A stretch of 64,000 nucleotides of DNA from Escherichia phage B9-1, in sequence record OQ420740.1, one strand, 5' to 3'. Positions 1-9,000 of this stretch are shown here, in pieces. Positions within the stretch are counted from its first letter, which is position 1; the number at the start of each line of letters is the position of its first letter. Below the pieces are notes generated by a model that ran no database searches, had not been told where the DNA came from, and saw nothing but the letters and a program-made list of their open reading frames with translations. A program made the translations under genes and the position numbers.

Positions 1-882
1 TGGACCCAGAGAGACTGGAACGATAACTATGCTAAAACAGGCTATACGCCTTGTAGTTACCTCCTGTCTCCAACCATTGAAGAGGGTATGAATTTCCTTA
101 CTGCAGTATTTAAGAATTTTGCATCAGCCGCTATGAGAAACAACCTGCCAGTGATTATGCAGATTGGTGAACCGTGGTGGTGGTTCAATACCGATACTCG
201 TAAGCCTTGTATTTATGACTACCCTACAAAGCAGGCGTTTTATGATGAGACTGGTGAATATGCACTAGACATTGGGACTATTGACGATCCTAAAACTGGC
301 GGTGTTTATGACAAGTATGTAGCATTTTGTCGTGGTAAGCTTGGCGCTCGTATTGTAGCCATTTCAAAGGCAATAAAAGCACACGCTGCATCGGCTCAGA
401 TGACAGCTTTACTGTTTTTCCCCACTATTATGGAAACCGAGCTTACGCAAAAACTGAACCTTGCTGACCAATATAAAAAGGAAGCAGGTGCTCTTGATTT
501 CTTCTGCACTGAGTGCTACGATTGGGTGATGCAGGGAGGTATTGAAAAGGCAAAAGAGTCTGTAAACATACCTATCGTTAAGTTAGGTTGGAAACCGTCT
601 GAAATACAATACCTTGCAGGGTTCGTTCCTAGCAAAGAGCTTGCTCCGGTATATGGCTACGACCCAACCAGGAATTACCAAGAATTTTTATGGAGATGTA
701 TTTGCGGAAACATGGCAACTATAGAGTATAGATACCCTGAGGTAAAACAGTATGTGTGGGCATACCCGCAAGTAATGTCTGACAGCATCACTGTTACCGC
801 CAGAGATTCTACCGTTCTGCACATGGGGCAGGTTGCTCTAAAAGGGTATGTAGAAGATGTTGTTCCGCCAGACTTCTCATAA
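1..882 (+). CDS. hypothetical protein, 5'-truncated at window edge (probably virion/tail-associated)
   Basis: Frame 1 is open from nt 1 to the stop at 882; the first in-frame ATG (88) has SD-like GAGGG only 1-2 nt upstream, so the gene most likely starts left of the window; lies directly upstream of tail-fibre genes. Confidence 0.5.
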   Translation, partial: WTQRDWNDNYAKTGYTPCSYLLSPTIEEGMNFLTAVFKNFASAAMRNNLPVIMQIGEPWWWFNTDTRKPCIYDYPTKQAFYDETGEYALDIGTIDDPKTGGVYDKYVAFCRGKLGARIVAISKAIKAHAASAQMTALLFFPTIMETELTQKLNLADQYKKEAGALDFFCTECYDWVMQGGIEKAKESVNIPIVKLGWKPSEIQYLAGFVPSKELAPVYGYDPTRNYQEFLWRCICGNMATIEYRYPEVKQYVWAYPQVMSDSITVTARDSTVLHMGQVALKGYVEDVVPPDFS

Positions 883-894
883 TCAGGAGATAAA

Positions 895-1935
895 ATGTCA
901 AAACCTAGTTTTCCATTAGAGATTTGGGCAGAGGAGGATCAGGTTCTGCCTAACACCCACAGACAGAACAGGCTACGCCCGATTGATGATTTGTGGAGAA
1001 AAGGTTGGGATCTTGGTCAAAAGCCGTCATGTGAAGAACTTAACTATATTTTCAATATGCTCGGGACTTGGGCAAAATATATTGCTGACGAGCAGATCCC
1101 AGCCCAAGAAGGCCGTTATCTGGTACGTGATAATAACCTAAGTGATCTTTTGAACATTCCTGTTGCCCGTAGAAACCTTGGGATTATTACTAAGGAAGAG
1201 GCAGACACCAGGTATGTAAAAGTTACAGGCGATACAATGACAGGCCCCTTAGGTTTGCAGCGTATCAACTTTAAAGCTGCTGAGACAGATAAGGCTTGGA
1301 TAGAGACAACTATTGGCCCAGATAAGACAACTCTCGACTTTGGGTTAAGTGATAACACTGGGGCGTTTGATGATGGTGGCACATCTACAGTAGATGCGTT
1401 TCGTTGGAGATTCCAGCCAACTCAGCCAGATATTAATCCAGAGTTCACTTTGATGTACCTGAACGCGATCACGGCTAACCGTGCGCTGTTGAAAGTGGTA
1501 GGTAATGTTGAAGTTGTCGATAACATGCGGTGTAACAACCTTACCATTAGCAGCACAGCAACATTCACCAACTGTAATGTGGCTAGTCAGTTGACAGCTG
1601 GGTCCGTTTATGTTAATGGCGGCGCAAGTTGTGACAGTATGGTTGTAAGAAGCCAGCATTGTGTTGTCGGTAACAGAAATGTGGTGCGCTCTGTGAATGG
1701 AGTGACGGCTAACGGTAACGGCGATGTAACGATCACCATCCCGCAGACAGGGGTACAGGATATCAGAATCGGTGCAAGACTTGTTGATGGTGTTTCTGAA
1801 TCTCCAGTTCGCAACGGCTACGTTGTCACAGGTTGGCATTTTGGTGATAAAAAAGAGATGCGTGGTTCAACCTACTGGGCAGGACCTTTACAAAAACTTG
1901 TAAACGGTCAATGGATCACTGTTAATTATGCGTAG
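895..1935 (+). CDS. tail fibre protein, paralog A
   Basis: 346 aa; SD AGGAGA upstream of ATG; N-terminal ~70 aa and C-terminal ~130 aa (ending QKLVNGQWITVNYA) paralogous to 2951..3994; immediately followed by a Tfa-type chaperone gene. Confidence 0.6.
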   Translation: MSKPSFPLEIWAEEDQVLPNTHRQNRLRPIDDLWRKGWDLGQKPSCEELNYIFNMLGTWAKYIADEQIPAQEGRYLVRDNNLSDLLNIPVARRNLGIITKEEADTRYVKVTGDTMTGPLGLQRINFKAAETDKAWIETTIGPDKTTLDFGLSDNTGAFDDGGTSTVDAFRWRFQPTQPDINPEFTLMYLNAITANRALLKVVGNVEVVDNMRCNNLTISSTATFTNCNVASQLTAGSVYVNGGASCDSMVVRSQHCVVGNRNVVRSVNGVTANGNGDVTITIPQTGVQDIRIGARLVDGVSESPVRNGYVVTGWHFGDKKEMRGSTYWAGPLQKLVNGQWITVNYA

Positions 1936-1949
1936 ATCGGAGGACTAGC

Positions 1950-2534
1950 ATGAAAATACTTCAAGAGTTTAAACTTTACCAACCGGGATCTGGCGAATAC
2001 CACACCAACAAGGAGACCAAGGAGCTGACTCCTCAGGAGGTTGAGGATTACACAGCATACACTGGATATTTTTTACGTAATGATGATGGCGATTGGTATG
2101 TGCAATCACGAACACTGCGACAAGAAAATCCAGGCTGTATCTTCTTACTTGTTGACGAGAAGGGTATTCTTAAGACATCTACAGAAGAACCTGATGCCTT
2201 GTGGCCTGCTCCGGGTCTTCGTGTGGTTATCGCCAAAAAAGAAGAGGTACCAGAAAACATTATGCTCCACCACGACGCTTTGCGTTTAGTTGGTGATGAA
2301 TTTGTCACAGACAATGAATTCTTTGTTCAACAGGCAGAGGGTGTCATAGAGACAGAACTTGCTTGGGCTACTGCTAGAATTGGTGCCTATCAAGACATGA
2401 TTGACCTTGAATACGATCTTACTGATGACCAAAAACGCAACATCAGAGATTTGAAAATGTACAGGGTAAAACTTCTTGAAATAGATACATCTAAAGCCCC
2501 TGACATTTTCTTCCCGGAACGACCTACCCTCTAA
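1950..2534 (+). CDS. tfa: tail fibre assembly protein (Tfa / Caudo_TAP-like chaperone)
   Basis: 194 aa; SD GGAGGA; C-terminus YRVKLLEIDTSKAPDIFFPERP matches the conserved C-terminal signature of lambda Tfa / P2 G-type tail-fibre assembly proteins; positioned right after a fibre gene. Confidence 0.65.
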   Translation: MKILQEFKLYQPGSGEYHTNKETKELTPQEVEDYTAYTGYFLRNDDGDWYVQSRTLRQENPGCIFLLVDEKGILKTSTEEPDALWPAPGLRVVIAKKEEVPENIMLHHDALRLVGDEFVTDNEFFVQQAEGVIETELAWATARIGAYQDMIDLEYDLTDDQKRNIRDLKMYRVKLLEIDTSKAPDIFFPERPTL

Positions 2535-2545
2535 GAGGAGGTGTT

Positions 2546-2860
2546 GTGGAGTTGGATTTGGCGGCATTGTACGGTATCTGCATGGGTACCGTTGTCCCGA
2601 TCTGTGTATGGGCTTTCAACCAGTGGCACACCAAATGGAAAGGCATTTCCAAGAGGTTGGATGAGCTGGAGAAAGACCTCATTTTAGTGAAAAATAGCAT
2701 GGTTACAAAAGATAGACTTGATTCCATTATTGAAACCCGGTTAAGTAAGCTAGAGGCTGATATCAACGACCTTAAGCAAGATGTCAGGACAGATGTCTCC
2801 GGTATCAGAGCTGATGTGCAAAAGATTTTACACATGCTTGTAGAGCATAGTAAAAGGTAA
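2546..2860 (+). CDS. hypothetical membrane / coiled-coil protein
   Basis: 104 aa; GTG start just after SD AAGAGGAGG; N-terminal hydrophobic helix then charged heptad-like segment; followed by terminator hairpin. Confidence 0.5.
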   Translation: MELDLAALYGICMGTVVPICVWAFNQWHTKWKGISKRLDELEKDLILVKNSMVTKDRLDSIIETRLSKLEADINDLKQDVRTDVSGIRADVQKILHMLVEHSKR

Positions 2861-2870
2861 ACAAAGGCCA

Positions 2871-2903
2871 GAACGGCAAGGATGCCGTTCTTGCATTTTG
2901 TTC
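2871..2903 (+). terminator. rho-independent terminator
   Basis: 8-bp stem GAACGGCA/TGCCGTTC with AGGA loop followed by TTGCATTTTGTT. Confidence 0.6.
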
Positions 2904-2950
2904 TCTAAAGTGTTAAAATAGTCCTTAAGGAATTTTCTCAGGAGAACGTG

Positions 2951-3994
2951 ATGACTAAACCAGTTATCCCTCTTGATATTTGGGCCAATCAGGATGTTGT
3001 GCTTGAAAATACGGGAGAATTGAATAAGTCCCAACCAAAAAAAGAAGAGAGATTGAAAGGTTGGGATATGACACAAAGAGTGGCATGTGAAGTTGTTAAC
3101 TTTGAACTTCACATGCTTTCTGCGTGGTTAAAGCATTTAACAGAAGATGTTGTCCCAGGATGGGATAATAGATTCTTAAGGGTCACTAATAATCTGGCAG
3201 ACGTTCCAGACAAAGCTGCTGCACGTCAAGTTCTCAATGTATACTCGCCTGAAGAAATGGATGACCTTTATGTTGACAAGACTGGAGACACAATGATCCA
3301 GACTCAAACTTTAGGTCTTCAAAGAATTGAGTTTGCATCTGCGTCAACAGACAATGCGGCGATATACACCACCATAACTCCAGACAAGACGATGATGGAT
3401 TTCTGGATTATGGACAACATCGGTGGCGCTGACGGCACAGACCTTGATGATCCTTCTCACCAAATAGACGGTTTCCGTTGGAGATTTCAACCTTCTGGTG
3501 GGCAGCCTGTGTTTTCGGCTATGAAGCTCAATGCTATAACTGCCAACCGTGCAAGACTGGCTATCCAAGGAAATCTTGAATGCAATGATGCAAAAAGCTC
3601 CTCTGCAAATGCCAATGCGGTAACGATACCAAGAGCCACTGTTAATGGACAACAATCCTGCGGCAGCGCTCAAATAGGTGGAAGAGTAGATTGTAACGAT
3701 AAAACCGCCAGGGGTCAATATGCAACAGTTGGTGGGAGAAACGTGGTCCGCAGGGTAAATGGTAGTAGCGCAGATAGCAGTGGTAACCTTACTATCCCTA
3801 TGCCTAGTAGGGGTGTTGAAGATGTAAGGATAGCAAACCGTTTCAGAACCACCTACAGAGAATCAAGAGTATACCCTGGGCATGTAATGTGCTCCGGCAA
3901 TTACGCCTATAAACACCCGTATCAAGGTGACTATTGGACTGGTGCTATTCAAAAATTTGTAAACGGTCAATGGATCACGATATCTTATGCTTAA
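2951..3994 (+). CDS. tail fibre protein, paralog B
   Basis: 347 aa from ATG 2951 (SD GGAG 6 nt upstream; track ORF begins at GTG 2948); conserved N-terminus and C-terminus (QKFVNGQWITISYA) shared with 895..1935, divergent central region. Confidence 0.6.
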   Translation: MTKPVIPLDIWANQDVVLENTGELNKSQPKKEERLKGWDMTQRVACEVVNFELHMLSAWLKHLTEDVVPGWDNRFLRVTNNLADVPDKAAARQVLNVYSPEEMDDLYVDKTGDTMIQTQTLGLQRIEFASASTDNAAIYTTITPDKTMMDFWIMDNIGGADGTDLDDPSHQIDGFRWRFQPSGGQPVFSAMKLNAITANRARLAIQGNLECNDAKSSSANANAVTIPRATVNGQQSCGSAQIGGRVDCNDKTARGQYATVGGRNVVRRVNGSSADSSGNLTIPMPSRGVEDVRIANRFRTTYRESRVYPGHVMCSGNYAYKHPYQGDYWTGAIQKFVNGQWITISYA

Positions 3995-4003
3995 AGAGGG
4001 TAA

Positions 4004-4270
4004 ATGAAATTAACTCAGTTTTTATGGGGGTTGGTTGCGGCATCTGATGACCCTACGAAAGTGTCCCAATCTAAGCTATGGTCAAACATAGGCATGGCAG
4101 TGATGACTGGGGTGTTTATTCATATGGGGTACAATGATACGCTTCCTGAATGGTATGCGTGGATATACGCACCTTCGGTAGCTTGCCCCCAGCTTATTAG
4201 CAAATTCATCTCGCTCCGGTGGGGTTGCCAGCACCCTGACCACGTTAAAAACGAAGAGCAAAAAGCTTAA
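4004..4270 (+). CDS. hypothetical small protein
   Basis: 88 aa ORF with SD AGAGGG; hydrophobic central segment; function unknown. Confidence 0.45.
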   Translation: MKLTQFLWGLVAASDDPTKVSQSKLWSNIGMAVMTGVFIHMGYNDTLPEWYAWIYAPSVACPQLISKFISLRWGCQHPDHVKNEEQKA

Positions 4271-4279
4271 GGAGAAATC

Positions 4280-6025
4280 ATGGCGCAAGACATGACAAGC
4301 TTTGAGCAGGCGGTAGATCAAGTAATTGTTGATTCTGAACGTTTGCACTTGGTTGTCAACGGCAACGCTGTGGATGAAGTTGTCGTAGAGGATGGGACCA
4401 CTATCCCTACGGTACGAAAAGCCATGCTTGACAACCTTTATTTTAAAACGCCACCGATCCCTTGGGCGTATGGTGCATCCACAACAGTTTTTAACCAGTT
4501 GTATGAGTTTAAAGGGGATACAGGCACTCAGTGGTGGTACGCCCCCGCAGCATCAAAATCTAACCCGGTTAGGATGCCAGCAGATCCTTCACAATCTCCG
4601 AACTGGAGATTATACACCGATTCTGCAGTAATGGCAAAATACTACGCAAAACTTAACAGCCCAAGGTTCGAAGGTGACCCGAGAGTACCTACACCTCCGA
4701 TGGATGATAAGTCAGAGTCTATAGCAAACACAGAGTTTGTTGTTGACTATGTGGATAGCATATTTAAAGCCATGGAGGGGATGAAAGTTACTGTAGGATC
4801 TTTGGTGGTAAAAGGTCTTACAGAACTTGCCAACACCATAGTTGGGGGCACCCTTACCTTACACGGACCTGTTAATGGAGCAGATTCTACTGCACGCTTC
4901 AGGAACCTAATCCTTACGGCAAATACTTCTACACTAACTTTTGCGTGGAGCGATCCTAAGCATGCAGACTGGAGAAGCACAGAGCTGCAACCTCATGAAG
5001 TATCAACTCACAGAGTTATAGCTGACACTATAACTTCTGGGAAACCAGTGGCTAATAACAACGATGTGCATTTTGATGGTCTAGGTAATAACTTTTTTGA
5101 CTACGTGTACATTCGTGGTAATGCCATGAAGGCAGCCACCGAACCGACATTGCAGGTTGATGGGACCACTAGGGTTAAGAACCTTGAGGTGACAGGCACC
5201 GTTACAGGGATAACCTACTCTGTAGATGGCACCATGATCTACCCTAGCTATATTGAAAGCACGGGAGATGCACTGATCAATGGAGATTTAGAGGTTGGTG
5301 GATCTATAGTCATTCGTGGCACAGCATCTGTCCAGAACATATCTTTAAATACTCTGAGGGTGAATGAGCGTGCCACTTTTGAAGGAGAGGGGCTTACAGC
5401 CAACAAAGGTGTAATTACCGAGCTGACAACCACCACTCTAACTGCAACAACTGCAAACTCTGAAAACTGCAACGTTACCAGAAACTTGCAGGTAAATGGA
5501 GATGTTAGTTTAAACGCAGCAGGGACGGGCACTACCTACCTTCACAACCTTGAAATATCAGGTACAGTGACTGGGTGGCTGCCAGACTTCTCTAATGTCA
5601 ACTTTGTCTGTAATGGCATTAACTCCAGTGGCAAGATAACCACCTCTCAAGAAATTGAAGCTGGTAAAACTATTACTGCCCCTGCTTTCCATGCAGGGAA
5701 GGTGGAGTTTGACTTAGAGGAGGCTGACGCATCTAGTGGGACATGGACACCTAACGGGCAGGCCAATATGTATGTTGTCCACGCGAAAGGGGATTTTACA
5801 ATAGGGCAATGGCCTGGAACATCGGCTGAAGATAAACCTTACCCGTTCACTGCAATCATCTATGTCATTCAAGATGCTGTAGGCCACAACGTGACTTTAC
5901 ACGATAAATATGCCATACTGTCGGCTACTCCTGTTATTAACAACAAAGCCAACAGTGTCACCTTGCTACAATTGACATATTGTGGTGTTGGTGATATTGT
6001 GGATGTGGTTATTGCACAACGTTAA
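4280..6025 (+). CDS. tail fibre / tail spike-like protein (beta-repeat rich)
   Basis: 581 aa; strong SD AAGGAGA; Gly/Thr/Asn-rich repeated segments (TGTVTGITYS, EISGTVTGW) typical of fibre shafts; in the fibre gene cluster. Confidence 0.55.
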   Translation: MAQDMTSFEQAVDQVIVDSERLHLVVNGNAVDEVVVEDGTTIPTVRKAMLDNLYFKTPPIPWAYGASTTVFNQLYEFKGDTGTQWWYAPAASKSNPVRMPADPSQSPNWRLYTDSAVMAKYYAKLNSPRFEGDPRVPTPPMDDKSESIANTEFVVDYVDSIFKAMEGMKVTVGSLVVKGLTELANTIVGGTLTLHGPVNGADSTARFRNLILTANTSTLTFAWSDPKHADWRSTELQPHEVSTHRVIADTITSGKPVANNNDVHFDGLGNNFFDYVYIRGNAMKAATEPTLQVDGTTRVKNLEVTGTVTGITYSVDGTMIYPSYIESTGDALINGDLEVGGSIVIRGTASVQNISLNTLRVNERATFEGEGLTANKGVITELTTTTLTATTANSENCNVTRNLQVNGDVSLNAAGTGTTYLHNLEISGTVTGWLPDFSNVNFVCNGINSSGKITTSQEIEAGKTITAPAFHAGKVEFDLEEADASSGTWTPNGQANMYVVHAKGDFTIGQWPGTSAEDKPYPFTAIIYVIQDAVGHNVTLHDKYAILSATPVINNKANSVTLLQLTYCGVGDIVDVVIAQR

Positions 6026-6033
6026 TATATCTG

Positions 6034-6060
6034 ACCGCTCCTGACGGGGCGGTTTTCTTA
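6034..6060 (+). terminator. putative rho-independent terminator
   Basis: Hairpin ACCGC...GCGGT followed by TTTTCTTAT directly after the stop of 4280..6025. Confidence 0.5.
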
Positions 6061-6073
6061 TCTGGAGAACACA

Positions 6074-9000
6074 ATGCTTCCAATCCCTTTGCTAAAACTT
6101 GGTCGTCATTTCCTCGATAAGAGGGGTGGAGTTAAGGAACTTGCTGTTCTGTCATACCCAATAGACAACAGTGACGGTACAAGCACTACAGTAGCTTATG
6201 TAAATAGCTTAGCTATACTTTTTGACGACGGTCAGCTTAATATTACTGGCTATAACAAGTTCGGGGAGTGTCGCACTGGGGATCGTAACCCTATAAACTA
6301 CCCGAGCGAGACGGCCTGGAATGTCGATCATGTGTGGAGAGCAGACCGTGCGTTTGTGATCCGGACTTTTGATAACCAGTTTTTCTACATCGGCTGCACT
6401 GCAGGTCTTATCGGATCCACTGCGGCAGGTGGTAACGATGTTTGCGTAAACGAGTGGACACCTCTTCCGGAACAGATTGTTCAAGGATTGCACCTTGACA
6501 CCCACCCAGAGCGCCTTATCGAGGTAATGGGTGGTATTAACAACACTGTTTGGGTTATGGCAGAGGCTGAGGGTGACGGCATTTTACACCTGTACGGGTC
6601 TGGTAACAACACCTACGGATCTTTACATGTAGATAAGAACCAGCATGCAACTCCTGTAAAGATTGGTGAAACATCAGAAAATCCTGAAACAGGCCCTTGG
6701 AAAAACCCAAGTATCAACTGCGAGGTGCATGACAACTCTGTTATTTTCGGTGGTCCTAGAGGTTTCTGGATTGCTGGGTACGACTTTCTGAGAAACAATA
6801 GTAGAAACACTCTCGTTTGGCCTCCTGCTCAGATTACCCGTGACGATTTGAGAGGAATTCCTGCAGATGAGGAGTGGAAAGGGTTCATGTGCGGTCCGAA
6901 TGGGGCAGTGGTTGCAACACAAAGAATGCACAGACCTGATGACCAACAACTTGTTAACGTATTTTATGGTCAAAACGTTTGGGGAGATGATACCTGGCGT
7001 GCTTTGAATATAACCTACACCCATGAGGTGATAATGGCTCGTGGGTACGGCACAAGTGGCATTTTCTTCAACAATGGTACTAAGCAGTATCGTGGCTTCT
7101 CTCGAAACCTGTGCAACGATATTGGCGCACAATCTGCAAACAATAATCCCCGTGCCGATTTTGTTCATTACCAGGCCCTTGCTACGGCCAAATATGTTGA
7201 GCAACGTTTGCCAGTTAGCTGGACAGAGAGTGTTTATTTCCAAGGCATCCATAGAGAAGGTTTTTTAGGGACCTTTACTGTTGTTAATGGTAAACTTTGG
7301 TGGTCAGGTATCCCAAGGGGAAGTTTTGCAGGCTCTAATAACCTGTTTGGCGGTAGACTTAATAGTCAAGGGTTCACAGAGGTTCCTGAGAATTGGTATA
7401 AAAATGTCCCAGTAGATAGTTGGGGTGTTGATGATATTTTTGACGTTAACGGTGTTAGCAGCGTTAGCAATATTTACATTGGTGACACGGTCAAGATGAA
7501 ATTGAAGCCTCAGCCAGAGGGGGCTACGTTCATTATTGACAAGATTGAGCTGGTAAATGCTGCGGGTACGGTTGTTACAGATGCAAATTACCAATTCTCC
7601 ACCAACTGGAACCACGGCGGGGCCAACGAAGTTGTTGTTACTCAGTATAACAGGAATGTTAACAGACGTGGCCTGTACTCTGTAAAAATAACCTATCATG
7701 ACAAGCATGGCACAGGAAGAACTCACACGACAAGGACTTTGAACTGGAACACCATAGTTCCTGCGTATCCTTCTGACGGTAAGTGGCATACCGTTGGTAG
7801 AAACAAGCAGTTCCATGTTAACGATACTGTATACTTCGGGCTGAATGGGACTCAGCCTGCGGTAGAAGGAGATACATCGTATATGGTCCGACTCCACAGA
7901 ATGGATGCTGGATCAGTCACCTATGATGTTACCCAAGAGATTTATGATCAGAGACGAAATACCTACAACAACTTAGTGCAGACACAGGCCGTATGGGAGT
8001 TCAACCCTAACGGCAGAGGCGGTAAAATGTTGCAGGTTAACGAGCAAAACGGAACGTCGTTGACTGTCCACGAACACCCAGACCCTTGGCCTGATCCTGG
8101 AAAACCTCACCCAGGTGCTCGTACACTGAAAATTGTCAGCCATGATGCAGGATATTTCGGAATACGCTGGGAAGCCACAGTAAGATATGCAGACGGGACA
8201 ACAAACAACATAGGGATTACACTTGGAGGCACCAGTGAAGATAGCTCTCTGAAAATTGCCTACACCCCTAGGGGCATCTCTATTGATAATATGGATGTTG
8301 TTCGCAATGGTTACGGCGATGTGAATGTCAAAGTTACTCTTGGCGAACATCTTGGTGGGGAAAGGATCATCATGTATGCCTTTGATCATGACCCGCGAAC
8401 CAATGGAACTTATGCAAATCAGGCATGGAGTTACCTGATAAATGCACCTGAGCCGAATACTAAAGAGTTCTACTACGGTATGAAGCGAGATGTATGCAAG
8501 AAAACAGGAACACATGACTGGATTGCTATCTGCGTTAAAGATGAGCGCACAGCTTGGGATGAGCCTGTTAATAGATGGTTCATAGGTATTCCTACCAGAA
8601 GCGATAAGTATATCGCAGAATACATTGTGTGCATGGGCGGTACCAACCTAAATATGTGTTGGAACGAAGATGCAAACAAATACTCTGATTATGACTATAT
8701 GAGAGATTACTCTTGTAATCAGTGGTTTAACCAATCAACAGGGTATCCTCCACGACAGGCGAGAGTAAACCCTGCAATCTTTACAGATACGCAGGTTTTC
8801 TTGACAAAACAGGCCAACGAGGTTCAGACCTTCAAGAACAAATACGACCCTAACAAGTGGTTTTATAACTGTTATGGCGCATTTTTCTGGGGTCCTGGCG
8901 AACTGCCTAATGGAGGATCTTGCTTCGAGGCTGCAACTTACGCCAGTGACAGGTTCATGGGGCAGGTTAAGAAGTACAAGATAATCCCAGGGCCTGAAAC

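Noticed and set aside
1116-1839. Antisense track ORFs inside the tail-fibre gene (1116..1382, 1345..1839, 1608..1814, minus strand)
   Set aside because: Entirely embedded in a longer sense ORF with an RBS and a paralog; no SD; typical shadow ORFs.
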